In this document: positions 18,888-27,961 of the stretch, piece by piece
How positions within the stretch are numbered: position 1 is the stretch's first letter
How the letters are laid out: each line of letters opens with the position of its first letter
Virus record (IMG/VR): IMGVR_UViG_3300041809_002848
Location: 1-61,563 of that record
From: a virus
Lineage: Duplodnaviria; Caudoviricetes
Direction: 5' to 3' (one strand)
Length of the DNA: 61,563 bases
Translations under genes and position numbers: made by a program
Notes under the pieces: model-generated
What the model was told of the DNA's origin: nothing
The model's database searches: none
The model's input: the letters and a program-made list of their open reading frames with translations, nothing else

Positions 18888-20560
18888 TGCCGACGCACGT
18901 CTTCAAGCCGACCGAGATGGGCAACGGCGGGCGCACCAACGCGCCGGTCAACGTCACCGGCGGAACCAACCAGATCGTCGTCACCCAGGACGGGCTCGAC
19001 ACGACCTACATCCGCTTCGCCAACGGCGGCGCGCCCTACCCGCTCGACTGGGCCGATGGCTTCCCGGACCTCATCCCGTTCAACGGCGAGCGCGTGGTGT
19101 CGGTCTGCCCATACTGCCGCTCGAAGTCTCCCGGGCCGAGCGTGGCGCGCATCCTGGCCGGCGCCGTGGTACTCCCCAGCGGGCCGATTGTGGAGGGCGC
19201 CGCGCTCTCGCTGCCGGCCGGCTCCGCGGTCATCGCTAACTATGCGCTGGCGCCGCAAGTCGGGCAGTTCCTCGACCCGCTGACCGGCGCCGAGTGGAAC
19301 CCGTACTTCGGCTCGGACCTGCTCACCGTCACCCTGCGCGACCCGAACGCCTACGCCAACGCCGCCTACTGGTACGAGGCGGGGCTCAACGTCTACACCA
19401 CGAAGAAGGCGGCGATCGCCGCGCCGACCGTCGCGCCGGTCACGGGCGGCACGAACAACACCACGGCGTTCCCGACGTTCTCCGCCGTCGTGTCCGCCCT
19501 CGTTGAGAGCTGGCAGCTGTACTCAGGCGGCGAGTTCTGCACGACCGGCCGCGTCGAGTTCTCGGTCTTCCGCGCCGCCGATGCCGGCGCCGGCGCCTCG
19601 CCGCCCGCCGGCATCACGCCCGTCATGCGCCAGGTGGCGACCTTCGACTGCAACACGTATATCGACGGCGTGACGCTCTCGACCGTCACCGTCCCGGCGA
19701 AGGCGGCGACGCCGCTGCCCGACGACAACTACGTGGTCTACGCCAGGGCCGTGCGCGACCACCCCAGCGGGCTCGACGTCGACCCGACCGGCACCAGCGC
19801 TTGGACCGCCTACCAGCGGCTCGCCTGGTCGCAGCTCATCGGCGCGCCGCAGCCGCCGGGCGCCGGCTATGCCGCCGACGCCGCCGGCCAGGGCATCATC
19901 CTGCACGCCTACCTCTCGGCGCCGGCCGCCTACACGCAGAGCTCCGGGCTGGCCTACCTCGAGCGTCTCGTGGGCGGCGTCTGGCGCGCCGTGCGCGGCA
20001 TGACCGGCGTTCCCGTGCCCGCCGCCAACGACCACACGGTCGGCGAGGACTTCGAGTGCGACCGCACGATCACCAACACCTACCGCCTGCGCTCGAGCTA
20101 CGTGAACGCCACGGACGGCACGCTCGCCTACTCGACATGGACGACCTTCGCCGTCGCCGGGCCGGCGCCGCTCGGGACCGGCTGGAATCTCAAGGCCGTC
20201 AACCTCATCGCCTCGTCCTGGCTTTCCGCCGGCATCCTCACCGAGCCGACCGAGTCGGATCAGACTCAGGCGACCATCTTCTACCCGCTGGACCGGCCGC
20301 GTCCGGTCGTGGTCAAGGGTTCGGCCGGCGGCTGGGCCGGCAGCTACGACTTCATCGCCAACGGCGCCGCCGCCGTGGCCGCCGTGCGCGCCCTCACCGA
20401 CTACGAGGGGCTCGTGCTCGTGGAGACCGCCTTCGGCGACACCTTCTACTGTTCGCTCACCGGCGTGACCGTGAAGCGCCAGGGCACCGCGCCGGCGCCG
20501 CGCCTCGCCGGCACGCTGACCTTCGCCCAGGTGGACTGCGATCTCGCCACGGAGAGCTGA
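18887..20560 (+). CDS. Minor/distal tail protein
   Basis: ATG at 18887 coupled to the TMP stop; paralogue 51949-53616. Confidence 0.75.
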   Translation: MPTHVFKPTEMGNGGRTNAPVNVTGGTNQIVVTQDGLDTTYIRFANGGAPYPLDWADGFPDLIPFNGERVVSVCPYCRSKSPGPSVARILAGAVVLPSGPIVEGAALSLPAGSAVIANYALAPQVGQFLDPLTGAEWNPYFGSDLLTVTLRDPNAYANAAYWYEAGLNVYTTKKAAIAAPTVAPVTGGTNNTTAFPTFSAVVSALVESWQLYSGGEFCTTGRVEFSVFRAADAGAGASPPAGITPVMRQVATFDCNTYIDGVTLSTVTVPAKAATPLPDDNYVVYARAVRDHPSGLDVDPTGTSAWTAYQRLAWSQLIGAPQPPGAGYAADAAGQGIILHAYLSAPAAYTQSSGLAYLERLVGGVWRAVRGMTGVPVPAANDHTVGEDFECDRTITNTYRLRSSYVNATDGTLAYSTWTTFAVAGPAPLGTGWNLKAVNLIASSWLSAGILTEPTESDQTQATIFYPLDRPRPVVVKGSAGGWAGSYDFIANGAAAVAAVRALTDYEGLVLVETAFGDTFYCSLTGVTVKRQGTAPAPRLAGTLTFAQVDCDLATES

Positions 20561-20563
20561 GTC

Positions 20564-21691
20564 GTGGCCGAGTTGACCGACCTCGGCGCCCTGGCCACGC
20601 TGGGGGCGCAAACGGTTCTTGTTACCTGCCAGGCGTCGCTTGCCGGCTCCGCCCTAGGCGCCTTGCACGTCGTCGCCGGCTCGGTCACCGCCGACTGCCG
20701 GCGCGCCGCCACGCGCGACGCCACCATCACCGTGGCGCCGTCCGGCGGGCAGACCTACGACGAGCTCTACGCGCTGCTGGCCATGCCCGGCGTAGAGCTC
20801 GCCGTGACCCGCGGCTTCGCGCTGCCGGACGGCACGCAGGTCACGGCGCCGCTCGGCGTCTTTGTTATCGACGAGCTCACCTACAAGCGGGTCGGCAGCG
20901 CCTCGGGCTTCGAGCTCACCGCGGCCTGCACCGACCGTTCCGAGCGCGTCACCCGGGCACGCTGGACGCAGCCCTACCAGATCGCCGCCGGCACGGCCCT
21001 GGCCGATGCGATCAACGCCGCGGTGGCCGACCGCTGGCCAGGCGCGCAAACGATTGTCTCCGCGGCCAGCGTTCCCAACGTGCTCGGCGCCCAGGCGGTC
21101 TTCGACGCCGGGGCCGACTCCGACCCGTGGGCCGACATCTGCTCGCTGGCGACCAGCTTCGGCTACCTGCTGTCCTTCAACACCGCCGGCGTCATGCAGG
21201 CGCAGGTCGTGACGCCGCTCGCCAGCCAGGGCGCCGTCTTTACATTCGCCCGCGGCACCACAGCGATCATGACCAGCCAGTCGAAGGTCGCCGCTGCCGA
21301 CCAGATGTACAACGGCGTCATCGTCACCGGCGAGGGCTCCGATGTGGGCGATACGCCGCCGCGGGCCGAGGCGTGGGACCTCAACCCGGCGTCGCCGACC
21401 TACCTCTACGGGCCGTTCGGCGCCGTGCCGACCTTCTACAGCTCGCCGCTCATCACGACGACCGACCAGGCCGCCTCGGTCGCCGCCGCGATGCTGGCGC
21501 AGACGCTGGGCAAGGTGGAGCAGCTCTCATGGGAGCAGGTCACCCATCCGGGGCTGCAGCCGCTCGACGTGGTGGCGGTCGAGTTCCCGGACGGCACCAC
21601 GCAGAGCTTCATCTTGGACGCGCTCACCGTGCCGCTCACCGCGACCGACGTGATGAGCGGTACCGCGCGCTCGACGCTGGCGGCCTGCTGA
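20564..21691 (+). CDS. Baseplate hub/Tal-like minor tail protein (DUF5047-like)
   Basis: YNGVIVTGE, SPTY..GPFG.VP.FYSSPLITT motif typical of actinophage hub proteins. Confidence 0.75.
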   Translation: MAELTDLGALATLGAQTVLVTCQASLAGSALGALHVVAGSVTADCRRAATRDATITVAPSGGQTYDELYALLAMPGVELAVTRGFALPDGTQVTAPLGVFVIDELTYKRVGSASGFELTAACTDRSERVTRARWTQPYQIAAGTALADAINAAVADRWPGAQTIVSAASVPNVLGAQAVFDAGADSDPWADICSLATSFGYLLSFNTAGVMQAQVVTPLASQGAVFTFARGTTAIMTSQSKVAAADQMYNGVIVTGEGSDVGDTPPRAEAWDLNPASPTYLYGPFGAVPTFYSSPLITTTDQAASVAAAMLAQTLGKVEQLSWEQVTHPGLQPLDVVAVEFPDGTTQSFILDALTVPLTATDVMSGTARSTLAAC

Positions 21692-22464
21692 TGGACCTCC
21701 ACGAGGTCGCCAAGATCATCGCCGCCGCCGGGGGTGGCTCCGACCTGCGTCTGCGGCTCGGCACGGTCACCGCCGTGCCCGGCGACGGCACCTTCTCGGC
21801 GACGATCGCCGGCTCGACCACGGTCGTCTCGGGCCTGCGCTGCTTCGCCAGTGTGACGCCGGTAGTGGGCAAAGGCATCGTTTTGGCCGTGCAGGGCGCC
21901 GACATCTTCGGCATCGGCACGATCGGCGCGCCGGCCGGCGCCGCCTCTGTTCCGTCTGGCCTGATTGCTATGTGGAAGGGCAGCATCGCCTCGATTCCAG
22001 CCGGCTGGGCGCTCTGCAACGGCTCCAATGGCACGCCTGATCTGCGCGACAAGTTCGTCGTGGGGGCCGACGCCGACGTGGCGGGCACGGCCGAGTCGAC
22101 CGTGGGCGGCGCCGCGGCCCAGGCCGGCGGCGCCACAAGCGCCTCCTCGACCTCTGCCGGCAGCCACCAGCACACCGACCCGGCGAGCGGCGGCTACCAG
22201 CTCCAGGTCGCCGATATGCCGAGTCACCGGCACGCGACGCTGGTCGATCTCATCCGCAACGACTCCGCCGGCTCGACCAACAGCCACTGGGGCACCTCGG
22301 CCGGCCGCTACATCGTCGCCGGCACCGGGCTCATCGACTTCACCGGCGGCTCAGGCTCGCACTCGCACCCGTCTGGCGGCCTGACCGATGTCCAGGGCGC
22401 CCACACCCACGCAACCGCGACTCTGCCGCCGTGGTACGCGCTCGCGTTCATCATGAAGCTCTAG
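21691..22464 (+). CDS. Tail fibre with collar domain
   Basis: PSGLIAMWKG..IPAGWALCNG.NGTPDLRDKF; H-x-H repeats; LPPWYALAFIMKL. Confidence 0.85.
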   Translation: MDLHEVAKIIAAAGGGSDLRLRLGTVTAVPGDGTFSATIAGSTTVVSGLRCFASVTPVVGKGIVLAVQGADIFGIGTIGAPAGAASVPSGLIAMWKGSIASIPAGWALCNGSNGTPDLRDKFVVGADADVAGTAESTVGGAAAQAGGATSASSTSAGSHQHTDPASGGYQLQVADMPSHRHATLVDLIRNDSAGSTNSHWGTSAGRYIVAGTGLIDFTGGSGSHSHPSGGLTDVQGAHTHATATLPPWYALAFIMKL

Positions 22465-22475
22465 GAGGGCCAGCC

Positions 22476-22835
22476 ATGACCGACGAATCGCAGCCGCAGC
22501 CGGCCGCCGGCTCGGTGCCTGAGTTCACTCCCCAGCAGGTCTGGGTCCTCGACGTGGTGGCCGAGCGCGCCGCCAACAAGGTGGTCGATCGCCTCACCCA
22601 GCGCGAGTGCCAGCTTCCCTGCCCGAAGATGGACGCCGTCTCGAAGTTCTGCTTCGGCAAGGCCGAGGACGGCGTGCCGGGGCTCGACGTCCGCATGCCG
22701 GCTGCCGAGGCCGCTATCGCCGCCGTTCAGGAGAGCATCACCTGGCTCAAGCGCACCGTCGCCGGCGCGATCGCCGCGGGTGCCGTCGCCTTCGTCGTGT
22801 GGGGGCTCGAGCAGCTCTCTCGCCACGCCGGTTAA
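22476..22835 (+). CDS. Small protein with C-terminal TM helix (holin/haemolysin-like)
   Basis: GGAGG RBS; WLKRTVAGA plus TM segment, conserved in B. Confidence 0.55.
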   Translation: MTDESQPQPAAGSVPEFTPQQVWVLDVVAERAANKVVDRLTQRECQLPCPKMDAVSKFCFGKAEDGVPGLDVRMPAAEAAIAAVQESITWLKRTVAGAIAAGAVAFVVWGLEQLSRHAG

Positions 22836-22883
22836 GGCCGTTCAGGCCCGCCGCGGCGTGATTGATACCAATGGACCATGCCA

Positions 22884-23387
22884 ATGAAACGGCCATGGAC
22901 CACGCGTGAGGTCGCCTACCTGAGGGACAACCGCGAGCTCGGAGCTGCCACGCTGGCCGAGCTCATGGGCCGCTCTCTCTGGTCCGTCCGTAGTGCCGCT
23001 CACTACCACCGCATCTCGCTGCGCCGGCCGCGCGACGCGCGCGGGCGCCTCTTCGGCGAGCTCGCCGCCGTCTGTCTCGAGGAGCTGCGCGCCGCCGTCA
23101 ATGAGGCGCCGGCGCACTACTCCGCCCGCATGGACGAGCGCCGCGAGGCCGAGCTCTGCTGCAACTGCGGACACCGACCCGTCCAGGTAGAGCGCGCCGG
23201 GCTTTGTGGTCCCTGCTACGCGCGCGTCATGGCCTGCCGGGCGCGGGATGCCCGCGACGAGCTCGAGCAGGTCAAGCTCCTGCTCGCCGAGCTCATCGAG
23301 GAGTACGGCACGGCACTCGACCTGCCACGGCTGGCGGCGCAGATGCGCAGCCGCCGCAGCCGTGCTCGCCTGCGGAAGGGCGCGTGA
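22884..23387 (+). CDS. HTH plus Zn-finger putative regulator
   Basis: WT..E..YL...LAELMGRS..SV HTH; CCNCG...LCGPC. Confidence 0.65.
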   Translation: MKRPWTTREVAYLRDNRELGAATLAELMGRSLWSVRSAAHYHRISLRRPRDARGRLFGELAAVCLEELRAAVNEAPAHYSARMDERREAELCCNCGHRPVQVERAGLCGPCYARVMACRARDARDELEQVKLLLAELIEEYGTALDLPRLAAQMRSRRSRARLRKGA

Positions 23388-23854
23388 GCCGCTTCGCCCG
23401 GCCGTGTCGGGTCTGCGGGGCGCGCTCAGCGCCGGGCAATGACCGCTGCGCTCGCCACGCCGCCGGGTCGGGACGCGCCTCGAGCTGTCGCAGATGTGGC
23501 GCCCGCACCTCGGGCGCCGGCTACTGCGCTCCCTGCGCGGCGATCGTCGAGGCCGAGCGTCAGGCCGAGCAGGGCTACCGCGAGGAGTACTCCAAGGTGG
23601 AGTACCTGCGCAATCGCCGGCGGCGCTTCGAGCTCGCCGGCGGGCTCTGTGAGGTCTGTGGCCAGCCGCTCGACCCGGCTCACTTCGAATGTCACCACGT
23701 CGTCGCGCTGGCCGACGGCGGGCACTCCGAGCTTGCCAACCTGCGCGTCACGCACGGGCGACCATGTCACCAAAGCCTTACGGCGGCGCAGCGTCGCCGG
23801 CGATCTTCCAGGAGGGGTCATCGTGGCGACACCAGCTCAGCTCATCGCTCGTAA
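23384..23854 (+). CDS. Second HNH endonuclease with N-terminal Zn knuckles
   Basis: CEVCG...ECHHVVAL..GG....NL...H..CH. Confidence 0.8.
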   Translation: MSRFARPCRVCGARSAPGNDRCARHAAGSGRASSCRRCGARTSGAGYCAPCAAIVEAERQAEQGYREEYSKVEYLRNRRRRFELAGGLCEVCGQPLDPAHFECHHVVALADGGHSELANLRVTHGRPCHQSLTAAQRRRRSSRRGHRGDTSSAHRS

Positions 23855-24581
23855 GAAAGCCATGCTCGCCTTCGGGCGTGCGGCCGGGCTACCCGTCCCG
23901 GCCGGCTTCAACGCGACGCTCGGGACCTTCGGCGGGCCGGCCCAGCGGTTTCTCAAGGTGATCCAGCGCGCGCTGGGTGTGCCGGCGACCGGGGCCTGGG
24001 GGCCGGTCGTGCAGAGCGTCCTGTTCGCCAAGAGCTCGAGCGCGATTGGCACGCGCTACGAGCACGCCGTGCGCCGCTCCGGAGAGCGCTCCCTGGCGGC
24101 GGTCAAGCTCTACGTGCTGCACGACATGGAGAACGCCAACGAGCTTCATGCCGCCGAGCAGACCGGCTCGTTCTTCGAGTCGCGCTCAGCGACCGGCTCG
24201 AGCCACTTCGGCTGCGACGACGACTCGATCGAGCAGTACCTGCCGCTCGACGTCGTCCCCTGGGGCGCACCGAACGCGAACACGGACGGCATCCATCTCG
24301 AGCAGATGGGACTCGCCGCTTGGTCGACGCATCAGTGGTACCAGAAGGCCGCTGGCACGCTCATGAACACGGCATGGCTGCTCGCCTATCTGTACCACCA
24401 CGCCACGCCGCACGTCCCGCTGCGCGAGCTCTCAGACGCCGACCTGCGCGCCGGGCAGGCCGGCGTGACCACGCACCGCCAGATCACCCGGGTGCTCGGC
24501 GGCGGCACGCACACCGACCCGGGGCCGAGCTACCCGCTCAGCTATGTCATCCGGCGGGCGCAGGTCTTCGCCGGCATCTAG
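23823..24581 (+). CDS. Endolysin: PG-binding-like N-terminus plus Amidase_2
   Basis: VLHDME, SSHF, WGAPNANT.GIHLE, TH...HTDPG. Confidence 0.88.
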   Translation: MATPAQLIARKKAMLAFGRAAGLPVPAGFNATLGTFGGPAQRFLKVIQRALGVPATGAWGPVVQSVLFAKSSSAIGTRYEHAVRRSGERSLAAVKLYVLHDMENANELHAAEQTGSFFESRSATGSSHFGCDDDSIEQYLPLDVVPWGAPNANTDGIHLEQMGLAAWSTHQWYQKAAGTLMNTAWLLAYLYHHATPHVPLRELSDADLRAGQAGVTTHRQITRVLGGGTHTDPGPSYPLSYVIRRAQVFAGI

Positions 24582-24594
24582 CAAGGAGGGCACG

Positions 24595-25368
24595 TTGATC
24601 TACCGCACGGGCAAGCTCCCGAAGGTCGAAGATCCGCGCACGCTGCAGCTCGCACGCTACCTGCCGGCCGCCGGCGCCCTGCCGGCGCCGCCGCCGAGCG
24701 TGGACTACGGTGCCGCGGTCACCGCCTGGGGCATGATGGGCAACGATCGCGTGGGCGACTGCGCCCTGGCCGGCATGGGCCATGCCGACCTGCTCTGGGC
24801 CGCCAACGCCGAGCGCCGCCGGCTGCGCATCACCACCGCCATGGTGATTGCCGCCTACTCGAAGGTGACCGGCTATGTGCCGGGCGAGGAGAGCACCGAC
24901 CGCGGGACCTCGTTGCTGGACGCGCTGCGCTGGTGGCACAAGCAGGGCATCGCGGGGCAGACCATCCGCGCCTTCGTCGAGGTCGACCCGCGCGACGTGG
25001 AGAACGTGAAGCGCACGGTCGACTGGTTCGGCTGTGCCTACATCGGCGTCGAGCTCCCGGACGCCGTGCTGCCGACCTCGCCGAGCTCGCTGCCGGAGTG
25101 GACCTGCTCGCCCGACGGTTCGCCGGCGAAGCGGCCCAATCCCCACAACGGGCACTGCGTCATCTACTGCGCTTACAACGCGACCGGCCCGGTAGCCGTC
25201 ACCTGGGGCACCACGGTACAGGTCTCCTGGGCCTTCCACGCCGCCTACTGCGACGAGCTCTACGCCCTCCTTGCGCCCGCGTGGTTGCAGGCCGCCTGGC
25301 TTGAGCAGATCAACCCTCTGTTCGACGTCGCGACGCTGACCGCTGACCTGCAGGCGATCGCGGCCTGA
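24595..25368 (+). CDS. Papain-like cysteine peptidase in the lysis cassette
   Basis: GNDRVGDC...GHCV...VTWG; TTG start after AAGGAGG. Confidence 0.7.
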   Translation: MIYRTGKLPKVEDPRTLQLARYLPAAGALPAPPPSVDYGAAVTAWGMMGNDRVGDCALAGMGHADLLWAANAERRRLRITTAMVIAAYSKVTGYVPGEESTDRGTSLLDALRWWHKQGIAGQTIRAFVEVDPRDVENVKRTVDWFGCAYIGVELPDAVLPTSPSSLPEWTCSPDGSPAKRPNPHNGHCVIYCAYNATGPVAVTWGTTVQVSWAFHAAYCDELYALLAPAWLQAAWLEQINPLFDVATLTADLQAIAA

Positions 25369-25403
25369 ACAGAACCCTCGTCCAGATCGCGCGAAGGAGG
25401 ACC

Positions 25404-25637
25404 GTGAAAGAGAAGATCATAGCGGCCGCCAAGGTGCTCGGCAGGGCCTTCGTCGTCGGCGCCGTGGGCGGCGTCGGCACGTTTCTCACCGACAACGGCC
25501 TGCCGACGAGCCTGCACACGGCGGCGGTCGGCACCCTCTACGCCGCCGCCGGCGGCGGGCTGGCCGCCGTGTTCACCATCATCGAGCAGTGGTTCGACCG
25601 CTCGCAGACGGCCTTCGGGCGGGTGGCCAGAGCATAG
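25404..25637 (+). CDS. Holin
   Basis: 77 aa, two hydrophobic segments, last gene of the lysis cassette. Confidence 0.65.
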   Translation: MKEKIIAAAKVLGRAFVVGAVGGVGTFLTDNGLPTSLHTAAVGTLYAAAGGGLAAVFTIIEQWFDRSQTAFGRVARA

Positions 25638-25717
25638 CTGCGTGGTCTCCGTGCACGTCGCGACTGGTTTCTTCTAACTCTCAAGTTAAGCAAGAGATGC
25701 GCCACGCTTGCGGCCAC

Positions 25718-25766
25718 TTGCACGGCTCGAAGTCAGTGATTAGGGTCTCACAAGAACATACGTTCG
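25718..25766 (+). promoter_or_regulatory. Early sigma70-type promoter with LexA-type SOS box
   Basis: TTGCAC-N17-TAGGGT followed by GAAC-ATAC-GTTCG at 25754-25766. Confidence 0.7.
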
Positions 25767-25975
25767 TGTCGGTTCTCAGTACTCATTGACCGCCACACGA
25801 ATCCGCACCTGAGGGGACGTCCACCAACGCATTCGAACCCTGTCAGCCCAGGGGCGCGACAGCGCGCCCTTACATCGGCCACCGCGGCGTCGCACGGCGC
25901 CGCCCGCATCCGCCCAGGAAGGGAGGTGAAGCCGCTCCGTCACCACTGAACGCTAACCTCGACAAGGGAGAGACC

Positions 25976-26182
25976 TTGCACCGCCAAAAGCGAAGGCGCC
26001 CCGGCCTCGACAGCATGGGCGCCCCCGATCTGCCTCGTGAGCAGACGCCTCCTAGTATTCTCACGCCTTCGTGCGCCGTCAACTTAGCTGCACCCGACGA
26101 GCTCGGCGCCGAGACCCACTCGTTCCACCGCTGGCTCCTGACCCTAGTCGGCGACGCCGGCTGCTCAAGGAGCTCCCGGTGA
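25976..26182 (+). CDS. Leader ORF coupled to the next gene
   Basis: AAGGGAG RBS, TTG start, GTGA overlap with 26179; positional equivalent at 59185-59358. Confidence 0.4.
   Translation: MHRQKRRRPGLDSMGAPDLPREQTPPSILTPSCAVNLAAPDELGAETHSFHRWLLTLVGDAGCSRSSR
25985..26047 (-). ncRNA. Predicted antisense sRNA (two hairpins plus U-tract)
   Basis: Minus-strand TTGACG-N17-AATACT promoter (26082-26054); TCTGC/GCAGA hairpin, then GGCGCCC/GGGCGCC-TTCGCTTTT terminator; same layout in B. Confidence 0.6.
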
Positions 26183-26409
26183 GGGTGCGCGATCGCGTAG
26201 AGCTCGTCTCCGACCACTTTCGCGATCTGCCAACGACGCTCGGACCCGGCGCGCTTGCCATCCACCTTCACCTCGGTGAGCGCGCCGTCCGGCGACTCGT
26301 CGCCCAAGGCAAGCTCCGCCGCCTGCGCTACACGTCGGACGTACGCGTGTCCTGCCTCGAGCTCATCCGGTTCCTCGACGAGCAGACCGGCGAGGGGGGT
26401 GCCTCATGA
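26179..26409 (+). CDS. Excisionase-like wHTH protein
   Basis: LA.HLHLGERAVRRLVAQGKL; paralogue 59355-59627. Confidence 0.7.
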   Translation: MRVRDRVELVSDHFRDLPTTLGPGALAIHLHLGERAVRRLVAQGKLRRLRYTSDVRVSCLELIRFLDEQTGEGGAS

Positions 26410-26819
26410 GGTGGGACGAGGAGTACCGGCTCGCCGCCCGTCGTCATCGCCGCCGGCGCCAGATCGAGCGCCTGCTCGCGCCGCGCTGGACGCCGCGCCA
26501 GGCCGCCCGTTGGCATCGCTCCGCGTGGGGCCGCGCCGACGACCCGCGCCTCGAGGCATCGCTGCTGCGTGACTTCGGTCCCGTCACCGACGAGGAGCGC
26601 GCTCTCGAGGCGCGCATCTCCCGCGAGCACCGTCTGGTCGAGCGCGCTCTCAAGGCGAGTCTCGCGCGCGAGACCATGCAATCGCTCGCGCAGCACATCG
26701 AGCGCGCCTACGGCGTTCCCTACGTCAAGGACCTCACCGACGACCAGCTCGACGATCTCGAGGCGTGGGTCGCGCGTCGTGAGGAGCTCAAGGATAGGAG
26801 GCGTCGTGCAGACGTCTGA
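26406..26819 (+). CDS. Hypothetical phage protein
   Basis: ATGA-coupled; paralogue 59627-60055. Confidence 0.7.
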   Translation: MRWDEEYRLAARRHRRRRQIERLLAPRWTPRQAARWHRSAWGRADDPRLEASLLRDFGPVTDEERALEARISREHRLVERALKASLARETMQSLAQHIERAYGVPYVKDLTDDQLDDLEAWVARREELKDRRRRADV

Positions 26820-27549
26820 GAACTGGGGCGATCTCGCTGCCGCGCTCGCCGCATTCAACGCTGCGGTGACCAACCCGATTGCTGACCAGATCGCCAAGGT
26901 CCACTCGAAGCGGACCAACACCGACTTCACCTACCCCTACGCCGACCTGGGTGGCATTACCAACGTTGTGCGTCCGGCGCTCGCGGCGCACGACCTCTCG
27001 GTTGTGCAGGACGTCGTGTTCGAAGAGGCGCGGGGCTGGGTCGGCGCCGAGACCACGATTGTCTGGGGCAAGCCGGGCGAGGCGAGCCAGTGGGCGCGCT
27101 TCGCTCCGGTGTGGGTGCCGATCCCCGACGATGGCTCCGCGCAGGACATCGGGAAGGCCATCAGTTACTCACGCCGCTATGGCTACCTGACGGCGCTCGG
27201 GCTGGCGACGCGCGAGGACAGCGACGGGCCGGCCGCGTTGAGCCGGCGCCAGCAGAAACCGGCGCAAACGGCTACTCCGAAACAGGCGGCGCCGGCTGCG
27301 ATCGGCCAGCAGCGTGCCGCCGCGCTCATCGGTCTGGCGAATCGCAAGGGCAAGACCGCCGAGGACCTGACGGCCTTCGCCGTGGCGCTCGGGCTCGACA
27401 AGACTAAACGGCTCCACGAGGCGTCGCCGGCGCTAGCCGACCGCATCGGCCGACGTCTCGAGGCGCTGCCTGACCGCTTCGACGCGAACGGCGTCGAGCT
27501 CCCGGCGCCTGTGGACGACCACGACGACGCTCCCAAGGACGAGCCATGA
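26806..27549 (+). CDS. erf: ERF-family single-strand annealing protein
   Basis: Y.YADL..I...RPALA, QDIGKAISYSRRY...LGLA.EDSDG. Confidence 0.9.
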   Translation: MQTSENWGDLAAALAAFNAAVTNPIADQIAKVHSKRTNTDFTYPYADLGGITNVVRPALAAHDLSVVQDVVFEEARGWVGAETTIVWGKPGEASQWARFAPVWVPIPDDGSAQDIGKAISYSRRYGYLTALGLATREDSDGPAALSRRQQKPAQTATPKQAAPAAIGQQRAAALIGLANRKGKTAEDLTAFAVALGLDKTKRLHEASPALADRIGRRLEALPDRFDANGVELPAPVDDHDDAPKDEP

Positions 27550-27622
27550 TCCTCTGTTCGGGTGTCGACTTCGCGGCGGTCAAAGCCGAGAAGGTCCTCG
27601 ACCTGTGCATCCGGGGCCGGCT

Positions 27623-27961
27623 GTGAGCGCCGTCGAGGGCACGGACCAGCTCTCGCTGGGCGTCGACCCGCTGGCCGACGTGCTCGCGTGGCGCCAGGAG
27701 AACGAGGCCGCATGGCGCCAGATCGTCAAGTGGGCTCACGAGGACCGCGCCGCCGCCATCGCGCCGTCGACGCGCGCCTACGCCTACTTCCTGCGCCGGC
27801 CGCACTTCGTCCGGCGCCTGCGCCTCACGCGCATGCTCGGCGACCAAGTGCTCATCAACGACCACATCACGTCAGGGCTCTCGCGTCTGCTCAACCGCGA
27901 GTTCCCGGCCCTCAAGGTGCCAACGCGCGAGGCCGCGGTCGATTCCTGGCCGACGTCATGA
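27623..27961 (+). CDS. Hypothetical phage protein
   Basis: Paralogue 60973-61326. Confidence 0.65.
   Translation: MSAVEGTDQLSLGVDPLADVLAWRQENEAAWRQIVKWAHEDRAAAIAPSTRAYAYFLRRPHFVRRLRLTRMLGDQVLINDHITSGLSRLLNREFPALKVPTREAAVDSWPTS

Noticed and set aside
19666-19675. Additional CGGCGTGACG copies (19666, 52722) and CGGCGTGATT near 22853
   Set aside because: They lack CANNNT at the 7-nt spacing; the first two simply encode DGVT
21691-22464. Diversity-generating retroelement acting on the tail fibres
   Set aside because: No reverse transcriptase; differences between the fibres are not adenine-specific
25825-25850. GGGTTCGAAT on the minus strand as the missing tRNA 3' half
   Set aside because: No T-stem pairing and no acceptor strand complementary to GGGCCTA
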